In this document: piece by piece, positions 1-10,582 of the stretch
Position numbering within the stretch: position 1 is the stretch's first letter
Layout of the letters: the number at the start of each line of letters is the position of its first letter
Assembly: GCA_964291215.2 (NCBI GenBank)
Contig: OZ219791.1
Location: 2,944,001-3,008,000 of the forward strand
DNA length: 64,000 bases
Direction of reading: 5' to 3'
From: Alphaproteobacteria bacterium
Lineage (GTDB): Bacteria > Pseudomonadota > Alphaproteobacteria > MPNO01 > UBA830
Notes under the pieces: generated by a model
The model's input: only the letters and a program-made list of their open reading frames with translations
Databases searched by the model: none
What the model was told of the DNA's origin: nothing
Position numbers and translations under genes: made by a program

Positions 1-75
1 CGAGGTGTCCACCGCTGCCGAAAGGTATCCGTTCGGGTTCCGGGGGATCGTATACCGCCACGGATTTTCTGACTG

Positions 76-960
76 GTAACTACTTCGCGCATGCGCTACG
101 GTCTCTCGCATGGCGGTTTTCGACGCGGATTTCTGCACCGACCTGATGCCGGCCGAGGGGGGCGACACCTTGTGGTCGCCTCCCATGGTGATGCCGGCGT
201 GCGAGCCGCTCAACTGGGCGTCTGTGCTTGAAGAGGCAGAGGCGCGGATCGAGGAGGAACGGGGTCGCGCGCGCGTGGCGGAGTTGCGCCGCGAGGAACT
301 GCGCTGGTCGGAGAGGGACGCCTGTACGCGCGTGCGTTCGCTGGAGAGGCAGCTTGAGACTTGCCGGTTCAAGCTCAAGTTGGCCGTAACCAAGACCGCG
401 TCGCGGGCCATGAAGGCGTTGGAGCGCAGGGTCGAGTATCAGGACGACGAGATCGCCGGTCTTTACCTCTCGTTGCGCCGGTCTCACGAGCACCGGGAGC
501 GGGTCGAGGCGCGCCACCGGGACGAGATCAACTGGTTGAAGCAGGACATCGACCGGGAGCGCTCGCGGCTCGCGAAGGTGCACCGCGAGGGCGAGCGTGT
601 GGCCGAATCTCTGCGCGGGCGGTTCGACCATCTCGCGGCGGCCAGGCGGCTGGTGGAGGCCCGGGAGGGCACGATCGCGTGGCTGCGCGCGCGCAACGAC
701 CGGCTGCGGTCGTGCGGGCCACGGAGCTGATCGCGTCGCTGCGGGAGAAGAATGCCGGGCTGCGCGCCGAGGTGCGGGGTCTGAAGGGCGAGAACGCCGC
801 GCTGGCCGCGCGGGTTGAGAAGCTGGAAGGCGACCTCGACAAGCTGCGCTCGACCCGCAGCGTCCTGTCGAAGGCGCTCTACGGCAGCAGGAGCGAGCGG
901 CAGAAGAAGCCGGGCGCGAGCGCGGCCAGCAGCGCGGCGCCGTCGTGCACAGCACCCGCG
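76..960 (+). mobile_element. IS66-family element, 5' remnant (coiled-coil ORF 110-730 plus transposase N-terminal leucine-zipper fragment)
   Basis: Starts GTAACTACT (IS66-type GTAA end). Translation includes LAARVEKLEGDLDKLRSTRSVLSKALYGSRSERQKKP, a typical IS66 TnpC N-terminus. Breaks off at about 950. Confidence 0.65.
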
Positions 961-1480
961 AAGGCAGGCTCTGAAACGAGTTCATCGCCCGCTACCACTA
1001 TCTCGGACACAAGACACTGGTCGGCGCCCAGATGCGCTACGCCGTCCACGACCGCAACGGCGGCCCGTCGCCATGCTCGGTTTCTCCACCGCCGCATGGA
1101 AGCTCGCTCCGCGCGACCGCTTCATCGGATGGACGCCCGAGCTGCGCGAAAAGAACCTTCCTCTCGTCGTCGACAACCCGCGCTTCCTGATCCTGCCCTG
1201 GATCGAGATCCCCAAACTCGGCTCGCACATCCTCGCCATCGTGCGCCGCCGCCTGCCCATCGACTGGACCGGGCGCTACAACATCACGCCGGTGCTGATC
1301 GAGACCTTCGTCGAAACGCCCCGCTACACCGGTGCCGTATACCGCGCATCGGGCTGGACCCGCGTCGGGACCACCCAGGGCCGGGGACGCTACGACAGGC
1401 ACAACAAACGAGACCAGCCGAAAAAGGACATCTGGCTCCGCACACTGCGAAAAGACTGGCAACGCACCCTCAATCGGTAG
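961..1480 (+). pseudogene. DUF4338 (DruA-like) domain fragment, transposon-associated
   Basis: L*NEFIARYHYLGHKTLVGA (TGA at 972) followed by a frameshift into AMLGFSTAAWKLAPRDRFIGW...IETFVETPRYTGAVYRASGW. Confidence 0.75.
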
Positions 1481-1570
1481 AAGCACAACCGTCGCGCCGG
1501 TGTGAAAATGCCGACAAGCGGATAACCCAATCCTCATCTCCCGGAACCCGAACGGATACAGAAATTTTTG

Positions 1571-3187
1571 GTAACTGCTCACCCCCTGGTTCCGGCTTGA
1601 TGTCGGGGTAGAGCAACGAACGGGTTTTCGTGGAGATTTGACACTGCAGGCCGATTCGTTTAGTGGTGGTAATCGAGAACGACGGGGACCGCCAGTGGGC
1701 TACTTTGGATCGAAGGCGACGAGCGGGCTGTGCCAGCTGCTTCCGGGGCTCCAGCCTCCGCATGATCTGTATGTGGAAACGCATCTCGGAGGCGGTGCGC
1801 TGATGAAGCGCAAGGCCGGGCGGCGGAGTACCGGAAGATGCCGCCGGGTGAGCGCCAGGCGATGCTCGCGACGATCATGACCGTCGAGGCCGGGTGATGG
1901 CGACGGGCGGCGCGCGAGGAGTTCGAAGCGGCCAAGACCGCGGCGCTGCCGGCAAGGTGCCGAAAGAGGCCGTGATCCGCGTCTTCGTCATCCTGCTCGA
2001 CATCCTCATCGTCGTCCTTCTGGAGAAGACCACGCACGAGCCGGAACTCCGGTCTGCCGCCGTCACAGACGGACAAGGACGAGAGCGTGCCGGGAGCAAG
2101 GGCCCGAAGCCGAACCGGCAGATGGGCGACAACCTGCGCAAGACCATCGTCGAGGAGACGGTCGCGGCCTGCGACGCCTGCGGCGCCGACATCGACGGCC
2201 CCGTCGATCGGGAGCGCCGCGTCCTCTACGACATCGTGTTCGAGGTCGTCGAGCGCCACGCCGAGATCAAGGAATGCCCGAAGTGCAAGGGCCGGTTCCC
2301 CGACAACATCCCGTGCAGTACGGCATCGGCATCCAGGCCCTCGTTATCAACCTGCTGGTCGCCCAAATGCTGTCCCTGCGCCGTGCCGTCGCGCTCGTGC
2401 AGGCGATCTCCGGCATCAAGCTCTCCGAGGCCTCAGCTATGCTTTCACGATGCGTCATGGGAGGAGGCCGCCGTGGCGCACCTCCTGCAACGCCCGATGT
2501 CGACGATTTCGGATCAACAGTAAGTGGCTTCATGTCGTGGGACCCTGACGTGCAAGTTCCCGCACCGCAAGCGCGGCCGGGAGGCAAGAGATCGGCATCA
2601 TCCCGTGCTACAAGGGCGTCCTGGGCCTCGTACATGGGCTATGACCAGTGTAGCCACCAGCTGTGCGGCAGCCACCTGCTGCGCGAACTGACCTTTGTCG
2701 TCGAGGCTACCGCTGGGCGCGACTGATGAAGAGCCTGCTCCGCGAGGTCTGCCACAAGGTCAACAAGAGCGCATCCAAGACCCTGAACGACGCCGGGCGC
2801 AAGCGCTACCGCACCATCAGGGCGCCAGGGAACTGCCCGACATCCCGCCGACGACGAAAGGAAAACGTGGACGCAAGTCCGACGCGCACAACCTGCACGA
2901 ACGTCTCGTGAAACACGAAAACCTGCGCTTCACAGACGACCCCGACGTCAGCTTCACCAACAATGCCGGAGAACAGAAGATCAGGATGGCAAAGGTCAAG
3001 CTCAAGGTGTCCGGATGCTTCCGCTCCACGCAAAAGCATGGTGCCGGGGCTCAAGCTACCTCACCTCCATGGCGGCACTCGGCTACAACCCACTCGTCGC
3101 CACCCAGATCGCCCTCGACGGAAAAGCCGCAGACATCATCAACGAGCACTATGGCCAATCAGAACCCAACTAGGGGTGAGTAGATAC
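1571..3187 (+). mobile_element. IS66-family element copy 1 (degenerate), carrying a DNA adenine methyltransferase N-terminal fragment
   Basis: Terminal inverted repeats GTAACTGCTCACCCC (1571) and GGGGTGAGTAGATAC (3173-3187). Frameshifted TnpC motifs include CPKC, HQLCGSHLLREL and FTNNAGEQKIRMAKVKLKVSGCFRS. Confidence 0.85.
1696..1820 (+). pseudogene. D12-class N6-adenine DNA methyltransferase N-terminal fragment inside the IS66 left end
   Basis: (V/M)GYFGSKATSGLCQLLPGLQPPHDLYVETHLGGGALMKRK resembles the Dam-like YxGxK...YVEPFxGGG motif X-I region. Confidence 0.6.
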
Positions 3188-4321
3188 CATGGAGGAAGCG
3201 AATGGACCTGCGACACACTACGACGATCGGGACTGTTTTGGAACATCTGATCGCAAACGGAGCAACGGATCTGGGGCGGGTCTTTGGCCAGCTCTTCGAG
3301 CTTGCGATGCAAATCGAGCGCGAGCAGTACTTGAAAGCGGGCCACCGGACGCCGGAGCGATAGGGCTATGCCAACGGCTACAAGCGGATCGACACCCCCA
3401 CTGTTACCGTTCAAGTGCCAAAGACGGCCGGTCACGGGGACGACCCCCCCCCAGTCGCTTGAACGCGGCCAGCGATCTTCTCGCGCCGTAGCCGAGATGT
3501 ACATCAAGGGTGTTTCCACGCGGCAGGATGTAATGCGCGAGTTCGGGAGCCTGTCCTCTTCTCAGGTCAGCCGGGCCACCAGGTTACTCGACGAAGAACT
3601 CGCCGCGCAACCGGCCCCTTGGGCTGATGAAATACCTGATCCTGGATGCGCGCTACGAAAAAGCCCGCCATGACGGCGTTGTGCGCGATGTTGCAGTGCT
3701 CTCGGCCATCGGAATAGGGGCTGCAGGCACGTTCTGGGGCTCTCTGTGGCGCTCTCCGAGGCCGAGGTCCATTGGAGAGCCTTCCTGGAAAGCTTGCTAG
3801 CCCTGCATGGTACGACCTTCATCGTCTCGGATGACCATGCCGGGTTGAAAGCGGCACGACGCGCGGTGCTGGGCGCGGCGATGTGGCAGCGCTGCCAGTT
3901 CCACCTGGCGCAAAACGCCGTGCACCGAACAACGACATCAGGAAACGTATTGGAAAACAGCTCGGAGCCACGCCTCCTCACTCCAAACCGCCGAGGCTGA
4001 ACTGGGCGCCCTCGTGGCCAGCTATCGCGACAAGCATCCAGGCTTCCTGGCTGGAAAACAATGCGGGGCTCGCTGTCTTCACCTTGCCTGATGCTCACCG
4101 CAAGCGTATGCGAACCTCGAACGGCATCGAGCGACCGATCCAGCAAGAACTCAAGCGGCGCACCTCCAAAGTCAGGGTCTTTCCGAACCTCGCCTCGTTG
4201 GAGCGCCTCTCAACCGCGGTCCTCATCGACGAAAAATGGGAAACCGAAACCAAGGCATACATCAAATGGGAACAGCTCGATCAGCTTCACGACAATTTCC
4301 AGACATCAGGTTGCGTAATCC
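3188..4321 (+). mobile_element. IS256-family transposase pseudogene
   Basis: Fragments FELAMQIEREQYL, EMYIKGVSTR, SEAEVHWRAFLESL, SDDHAGL, WQRCQFHL and RTSNGIERPIQQELKRRT. Right end AATTTCCAGACATCAGGTTGCGTAATCC. A possible left end at about 1520 would make the IS66 nested inside it. Confidence 0.85.
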
Positions 4322-4875
4322 TTGCCGTCTCCATCGTTACAAGCGGCACCCGGCAAGGAAAGCTGTGGAACGAGTTCGTCGCCCGCTACCACTGCCTCGG
4401 CCACACAACCCTGGTCGGAGCCCGGATGCGCCACGCCATCCATGATCGCAACAGAGCGCCCGTCGCCATGCTCGGCTTCTCCACCGCCGCCTGGAAAATC
4501 GCCCCGCGTGACACCTTCATCGGATGGATACCCGAGCAGCGGCAGAAGAACCTGCCGCTGGTGGTCGATAATCCGCGCTTTTTGATCATGTCCTGGCTTT
4601 CCGTCGCCAACCTTGGGTCCCACATCCTCGCCATCATGCGACGCCGACTGTCCGATGACTGGACCAGACGCTACAACACCACCCCAGTCCTCATCGAAAC
4701 CTTCGTCCAGACACTGCGCTATACCGGAACCGTCTACAAGGCGTCAGGATGGATCCATGTCGGCACCACCAAAGAACGCGGACGCTACGATACGCACGAG
4801 AAATACGACAAGCCAAAAAAGGACATCTGGCTGAGGCCTCTCCGCAAGGACTGGAAACGCATCCTCAACCGGTGA
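4322..4875 (+). pseudogene. DUF4338 (DruA-like) domain, N-terminally truncated by IS256
   Basis: KLWNEFVARYHCLGHTTLVGA...MLGFSTAAWKIAPRDTFIGW...IETFVQTLRYTGTVYKASGW; paralog of 961-1480. Confidence 0.75.
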
Positions 4876-5081
4876 ATATCACCAACAATCACCGCGTGAC
4901 CGAACGCTTGCCCTTGCGGTTGCTGCGGGCCCGCCAGACACTAACATGTTGACGGCAATGCCGGTCCTGTCGAGGCCCTTCGCCCAGCTCGCCGAGCATG
5001 CCTCCAGCGCTGCCTAGACTGACCTCGCGACAGCAGCCTATGATATGGCCGTTCGCACGCAAAGACACGGAGGATCGGGCC

Positions 5082-5651
5082 ATGCTGCTGGCGGTAGAGA
5101 AATTTGTTTCCGACATGCGCGATGTTTGCAGGATCGTCGATGGCGACGAGCGATGGGAGAAATGCCGCGAGCTGCTCCTCGAGTTGCTCGAGGACGGCAA
5201 GCTCAGGAAACATGCCGAGGAGTGGCCGGTCGGCGGTTATGACGGCAAAAAGGTCGACAACCTCCTGTTCTACGAGGATCCCGACCACGGTTTCGTGATC
5301 AACGGCCTGATCAAGAATCCGGGCGGCCGCGCGATGATCCATGATCACGGCAAGGCGTGGACCGTCTACGGCCTGCTCCGCGGCAACGAGCGCATTGTCC
5401 GCTACCGCGAGGTCGGCGGGGCGGACGGCGATGTCGGCTACGAGGAAATTACCGCTGTCGAGTGTGGTCCGGGCGAGGTCGACATCGTGAGGCCGTGGGA
5501 AATTCACTCCGAATATGCCGGCGACGAAAAAACCGTAGCTGTCATCATCCGCAGCCAGCGCTCGGGAACCTTCGAGCAGTACCGGTATTTCGATGACGGC
5601 GGCAAGGAAAAATACGGCGGACCCAACCAGGTACCCTACGAGCTCGGCTGA
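5082..5651 (+). CDS. Cysteine-dioxygenase-like cupin protein
   Basis: IHDHGKAW (HxH) and later EIHSE metal-ligand motifs; start MLLAVEKF preceded by GAGGA. Confidence 0.65.
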   Translation: MLLAVEKFVSDMRDVCRIVDGDERWEKCRELLLELLEDGKLRKHAEEWPVGGYDGKKVDNLLFYEDPDHGFVINGLIKNPGGRAMIHDHGKAWTVYGLLRGNERIVRYREVGGADGDVGYEEITAVECGPGEVDIVRPWEIHSEYAGDEKTVAVIIRSQRSGTFEQYRYFDDGGKEKYGGPNQVPYELG

Positions 5652-5664
5652 CGGTTGCTGCTGG

Positions 5665-6753
5665 TCAGCCCGGCCTTCGCAGGTGGTCGGGCAGGAACGG
5701 GAAGGCCGACAGTTCGTGCGCGTGGGTGGCGGCAGCCGCCTCCTTGACGAAGGAGTGATCGAGTTCGCCCAGCGATGAGACGCCGACAAGCCCCATCGCA
5801 TTCTGGATTTCGCCCTCCAGGATCTCAAGAGCGCGTACCAGCATCTCGCGGCCGCCGGCCGCCAGCGCCCAGGCCTGGAAACGTCCCAGCGCGACGACAT
5901 CGGCGCCGAGTGCGAGCGCCTTGAGCACGTCGGTCCCGCGCATGATGCCGCCGTCGGCCACCACCGGTACCCGGCCACCGACGGCGTCGGCAACCTCCTT
6001 CAAGGTTTCCATCGCGCCGTCGCCGTGGTCGAGCTGGCGGCCGCCGTGGTTGGAGACGTAGATAACCTCGACGCCATGCTCAAGGGCAAGCTCGGCGTCC
6101 TCCGCAGTCTGGATGCCCTTGAGAATGAACGGCAGGCGACCGCGCTCGCGCATGCGGTCCATCGATTCCCATGTGAGTCCGGCCTGATGGATCCTGAGCT
6201 CGGTGCCGTAGCGGCGGATGCTGGGCGGCACCCAGCCAGTGATGAGCTGGCGTTCGCGGCGACCGTAATAGGCGGAATCGACAGTAAGCGCGAGGGCGGC
6301 ATAGCCCGCATTGCACGCCCTGTCGATGAGTTCGTCGGTCCAGGCCTCGTCGCCGCGGATGTAGATCTGGAAGATCTTCGGATGATCGACGGCATCGGCA
6401 ATCTCCTCGAGCGTTGGCTGAGTCACCGTGCTGACGAGGTTCATCGTGCCGAACTCCGCCGCGGCTTCAGCTACCGCAACCCCGCCGGCCGGCGTCAGGG
6501 TCTCGAGCGATCCGATCGGTGCCAGGAGGCATGGAATGCGCAGCTCGTGGCCGAGAAAGGTGGTCGAGGTGTCGATGTTGCGCACATCGCGGAGGACGCG
6601 TGGACGCAGTGCGAGCCGGTCGAGGCTGTCGCGGTTCCGGTGCAGCGTTGTCTCGGTCTCGGCGGCCCCGGTGATGTAGTTCCATGTGTGCTGGTCGCAG
6701 CGGCGCCGGGCTTCGATGATGATCTCGTGCATGGTTTCGTAGATGGCTGGCAT
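5665..6753 (-). CDS. FMN-dependent alpha-hydroxy acid oxidase/dehydrogenase
   Basis: SNHGGRQLD, LTVDS, ILKGI and DGGIMRGTDVLKALALGA motifs. Confidence 0.92.
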   Translation of the reverse strand: MPAIYETMHEIIIEARRRCDQHTWNYITGAAETETTLHRNRDSLDRLALRPRVLRDVRNIDTSTTFLGHELRIPCLLAPIGSLETLTPAGGVAVAEAAAEFGTMNLVSTVTQPTLEEIADAVDHPKIFQIYIRGDEAWTDELIDRACNAGYAALALTVDSAYYGRRERQLITGWVPPSIRRYGTELRIHQAGLTWESMDRMRERGRLPFILKGIQTAEDAELALEHGVEVIYVSNHGGRQLDHGDGAMETLKEVADAVGGRVPVVADGGIMRGTDVLKALALGADVVALGRFQAWALAAGGREMLVRALEILEGEIQNAMGLVGVSSLGELDHSFVKEAAAATHAHELSAFPFLPDHLRRPG

Positions 6754-6962
6754 GTCGGTCCCGTCCCGTAAAGGCATCTGTCGGATCGCACGGATCCGAT
6801 AACTTTGTGACGCGTTTTTCGCACCTTGCCAACCGGGGCCGAGCTACTCCCGAAAAGTGCCCTGGTGTATGGTCAGATAGATCCCGCTGGGAGAGGCAGG
6901 GCGGCTGCTCCCGACGGGATCGCTGCACCGTGGCGGCGGAAGCAGCTCTTGGAGACCCGATC

Positions 6963-7462
6963 ATGAAACTGCTGACCATCGAGACCGTTGACGGCGGACA
7001 CCCGGCGTGATCGTTGTTGACGGAGAGGGTCTGGATCTCGCTAGCGCGCCGGAGGCGATCCTCCGTGGCGTCCGCCGTCGGTCCGGGACATCATGGAGGA
7101 CGAAGAGGAGTCGCTTGAGGGGCTGCGTGGCGTTGCGGCAGCTGCGGAGAGGCGCCTCGGCGAGTTGCGTGACACGGGCTCGGTGAAGACCTTTTCGGAA
7201 TGCCGGCTCCTGCTGCCGGTGCCCGATCCGCACGAGCTGCATCTGCAGACCCGCCACGGGGCGGTGATGCAGGACACGGGGACAGATGACCTGATCTTCG
7301 GGACCGCCGAGATCGTCTCACACTTCTCGCGGTGGTATGGTTTCCATCCTGATGATATCGTTACCACCGGCATCCGGGGTGGGCGTGGGGCGCAACCCGT
7401 CGGTGTTCATGAAACCCGGCAACAGGATCGAGATCAACGGCCTCCGCGTTCTCGAAAACACG
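6963..7462 (+). pseudogene. Fumarylacetoacetate hydrolase family pseudogene (internal deletions)
   Basis: MKLLTIETVDGGHP start. QTRHGAVMQDTGTDDLIFGTAEIVSHFS...PDDIVTTG and a shifted GVGRNPSVFMKPGNRIEINGLRVLEN match the FAH C-terminus. Confidence 0.7.
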
Positions 7463-7545
7463 CTGGAATCAGCCTGAAGAACAGGGTACGGCCCGCGGCG
7501 CAGCATCCCGGGAGGCTTGCGTCCGCACCTGGCGAGGACGGAGCA

Positions 7546-8610
7546 ATGGTGTTTTCTGACGAGATCATTTTCGGGGTATCGGTCAACAACGTGACTGGCA
7601 TCACCGGAAAGTCCTACGAGTTGCGGGATCTGGTGCGTGCCGGCGTCGAGGCCGAGGCAATGGGCTTTGACGCCATCTGGGTGCATGACGCGATGATGGG
7701 GCGGCGCACCACGGCGGCCTACTGTCCGATCAACACGCTTTCAGCGATAGCGGGGCAGACCACTACGCTGCGGCTGTGCACCGGAATTCTGACCCCGCAG
7801 GTGCGCAATCCGGTGGCGACGGCCAACCAGTGGGCGACGCTCTATGAACTCTCCGAAGGCCGGGCGATCATGGGTGTCGGAATGGGCGCCGGCACGCCGA
7901 CGCTGATCAAGCGCGAGTTCGAGGGCCTCACGGCCTTGCGCCACGACACGGGCCTCGATCCGGCGGCGCTCTACCGACGGCGCGGCGCGGTGTTCGACGA
8001 ATGCCTCGACGTGATGCGGCGGTTGTGGTCCGAGGACAAGTTCGCCTATCGGGGGCAGTTTTTCCGGTTCAACGAGATCACGCTCGGCTACGCCCGTCCC
8101 TCCGAGGTTCCCCCGGTTCTGGTTGGCTCGGGCATCTATTTTCCGACCGAGCCCGGCGGGCCGGTCCATCACGGATGGAAGGAGGAGAATGCCGGGCGCT
8201 GGCTCCCCGGAAACCTCGAACGTGTTGTCAAGTACGGCGACGGCTGGATCACCGTCCACGTGACACCGGAAGAATATGCTGAGAACTGGGAGATGATCGA
8301 GGCGTTTGCCGCCGAGCACAATCCCGGCAAGACCTACGCACGGGCCTGGAACTGCTTCATGAACGTCAGTGATAGCCCGCGAGCGGGCTGGGAAGCGGTG
8401 CGCGACCATCTTGAGGATTTCCACGGGCCACCAATTCGCGACGATGTGGTCGATCGCTGGGCGGTTGTCGGGCCGGGCGAGGAGATCGCGGCCCGCCTCC
8501 GCGGGTATCTTGATGTCGGTGTGCGGATCTTCCAGTTCGTGATCGGATCCCCCGACCAGTTCGGCCAGATGCGGGCGATTGCCGACGAGGTGCTGCCGCT
8601 GGTGAAGTGA
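7546..8610 (+). CDS. Luciferase-like (LLM class) flavin-dependent oxidoreductase
   Basis: AEAMGFDAIWVHD, LSAIAGQTTTLRLCTGIL...RNP, LSEGRAIMGVGMG and YGDGW; ATG at 7546 after GAGGA. Confidence 0.9.
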   Translation: MVFSDEIIFGVSVNNVTGITGKSYELRDLVRAGVEAEAMGFDAIWVHDAMMGRRTTAAYCPINTLSAIAGQTTTLRLCTGILTPQVRNPVATANQWATLYELSEGRAIMGVGMGAGTPTLIKREFEGLTALRHDTGLDPAALYRRRGAVFDECLDVMRRLWSEDKFAYRGQFFRFNEITLGYARPSEVPPVLVGSGIYFPTEPGGPVHHGWKEENAGRWLPGNLERVVKYGDGWITVHVTPEEYAENWEMIEAFAAEHNPGKTYARAWNCFMNVSDSPRAGWEAVRDHLEDFHGPPIRDDVVDRWAVVGPGEEIAARLRGYLDVGVRIFQFVIGSPDQFGQMRAIADEVLPLVK

Positions 8611-8677
8611 GGTTCGGCTGCGGCCTGCACGGGCAGGATGCGCGGCCGGTGCGGACGATGAGTGCCGGTGAGAGGGT

Positions 8678-10312
8678 TTGTTGAAAAAATATTCAGATCT
8701 CTGCCCGCCCGAAGCGGTTCCGGAGTTGTCGTTCGGCCTTCCCGAACTCGACTACCCCGAAGAGCTCAACGCGGTCGAGACGGTGCTTGAAGGCGCGCGG
8801 AGGGCCGGCTGGTGGGAGCGCACGGTCTTCCATGACGGCGACCGTGCCATGTCGTTCTCCAAGCTTCACCAGGAGGTGCATCGCCATGGCGCTGCGCTGA
8901 CGGCGCTTGGCGTCGGGCAGGGCGACACCGTCATATTGCGGATTCCCGATTCGATTGATTTGGTCGTCATGGTGCTTGCGGTGCAGGCGATTGGTGCCAT
9001 TGCGATGCCGACCTACATCCAGCTGCGCGGCGACGATCTTGTCTACCGTGCCGAGGATGCCGGCGCGGCGCTGCTGGTGGCGGACGCCGGCCTGATGGAC
9101 GAGGCCCGCGCGGTGGTGAAGCAATGCCCCGGGACGGCCGTCGTTGGGCTGCCGCGCGATCCGGAGCGGCGATGCCGGGCCTTCGCCGATTTCCTGCCCG
9201 AGGGCGACGTGCCGGCCGTCTATGCACCGACCCATGGCGAGGATCTCTGCCTGTTTCTCTACACCTCGGGGAGCACCGGACGGCCCAAGGGGACCTGCCA
9301 CTGCCATCGCGACATGCTTGCGATCACGGACACCTACTGGCGCTACGGCGTCGCGCCCACCGTCGATGACGTGCTTGCCGGACCGCCGTCGATCGCGTTC
9401 GCGCTCGGGTTCGGCCTGTTCGTGTATTTCCCGTTGCGGCTCGGTCATGCCGCAGTACTGGAGGCCGACAAGTCGCCGGAAAGGACACTGGAACTGATCG
9501 CTCGCCACCGGGTCACGATCCTCGCCGGCGTGGTCTCGTACTGCAATCTCCTCGCGCGGCTGGTTTGCGAGACCGGTGCGGACGTGTCGAGTCTGCGCCA
9601 CGCCATGACGGGTGGCGAGCCGCTGCTCGAGGAGGTTGAACGGAACTGGTTCGATGCGACCGGCGTCGCGCTCGAGCAGTTCATCGGCACCACAGAGATG
9701 CTGCACTGCTTCCTGACCTCGACGTGCCGCGATGTGCCGCCGCCCATGGCGACACTCGGCTGGCAGGTTCCCGGTTACGAGGTCGCCGCGCTTGATCCGG
9801 AAACGCATGAGCCCGTGGCGCCGGGCGAGGAGGGGTTGCTTGCGGCCAAGGGGCCGACCGGTACCGTCTACTGGAACCGGCCCGACGCGCAGGCGGCAAC
9901 AGTGATCAACGGCTGGAACGTGTTTCAGGATCTCGTCACTCGCGACGGGGACGGCCGCTTTCGCTACATTGCGCGCCATGACGAGATGATCATATCCGCA
10001 GGCTACAACATTTCACCGATGGTCGTGGAGGAAATCCTCCTCCGTCACCCGGCCGTGGTCGAGTGCGGCTGCGTTCCGGCGCCTGATCCGACCGGACGGC
10101 GTGGCGCGATCGTCAAGGCCTATGTCGTGACGTCTTCGGACGTTGCCGCGGATGATGCGCTGAAAGCGGACCTTCAGATCCATGCCAAGGAGAACGGGCC
10201 GCCTTATATGTATCCGCGCGAAATTGAATTCGTCGCCGATCTGCCGCGGACCATCAACGGCAAGATCCGGCGTGCGGAACTGCGCGAAAGGGCCTCCGCC
10301 GCGGCCGGCTAG
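8678..10312 (+). CDS. AMP-dependent aryl/acyl-CoA ligase (benzoate/2-aminobenzoate-CoA ligase-like)
   Basis: YTSGSTGRPKG AMP-binding loop, IGTTEMLH, SAGYNISP and LPRTINGKIRR. Confidence 0.88.
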   Translation: MLKKYSDLCPPEAVPELSFGLPELDYPEELNAVETVLEGARRAGWWERTVFHDGDRAMSFSKLHQEVHRHGAALTALGVGQGDTVILRIPDSIDLVVMVLAVQAIGAIAMPTYIQLRGDDLVYRAEDAGAALLVADAGLMDEARAVVKQCPGTAVVGLPRDPERRCRAFADFLPEGDVPAVYAPTHGEDLCLFLYTSGSTGRPKGTCHCHRDMLAITDTYWRYGVAPTVDDVLAGPPSIAFALGFGLFVYFPLRLGHAAVLEADKSPERTLELIARHRVTILAGVVSYCNLLARLVCETGADVSSLRHAMTGGEPLLEEVERNWFDATGVALEQFIGTTEMLHCFLTSTCRDVPPPMATLGWQVPGYEVAALDPETHEPVAPGEEGLLAAKGPTGTVYWNRPDAQAATVINGWNVFQDLVTRDGDGRFRYIARHDEMIISAGYNISPMVVEEILLRHPAVVECGCVPAPDPTGRRGAIVKAYVVTSSDVAADDALKADLQIHAKENGPPYMYPREIEFVADLPRTINGKIRRAELRERASAAAG

Positions 10313-10582
10313 AACACGCTCCTTCAGAGCACTCCGAACTCGATCGCATGGAACCCGGCTGCTGCCGGCTGGAGCGAAGCCTGACCGCGCTTGGCACGGA
10401 AGCGATCCGCAGGCGCCTTCAACTGCGTGGTTGCATTGGGGCAGGTCCGGTGCTGCGAGGCGGTTTCCTGAAGAACCCGATCGCTGCGAAGCGCGCAAGG
10501 ACAATTCTGGCTTGGTCTGGCCCGAGCGCTTCTCTTGCGCGGTTTGACCGCAAAACAGACGGCCGGCGGTGCTTCCGCGCCG

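Noticed and set aside
1563-3195. Target-site duplications for the IS66 copies
   Set aside because: The flanks of copies 1 and 3 do not match (AATTTTTG vs CATGGAGG; CGCAAAAC vs CTTGCGCG), so no duplication can be claimed.
961-4875. Druantia defence system
   Set aside because: Only broken DUF4338 fragments embedded in IS debris; no DruE helicase or other dru genes are recognisable.
3883-4875. IS256 transposase-DUF4338 fusion ORF
   Set aside because: The frame reads through the IS256 right end at about 4321, so it is a chance join created by the insertion.
7093-7545. FAH-LLM fusion protein suggested by the 505-aa ORF
   Set aside because: The FAH part is frameshifted and deleted, and the LLM gene has its own RBS and ATG at 7546.
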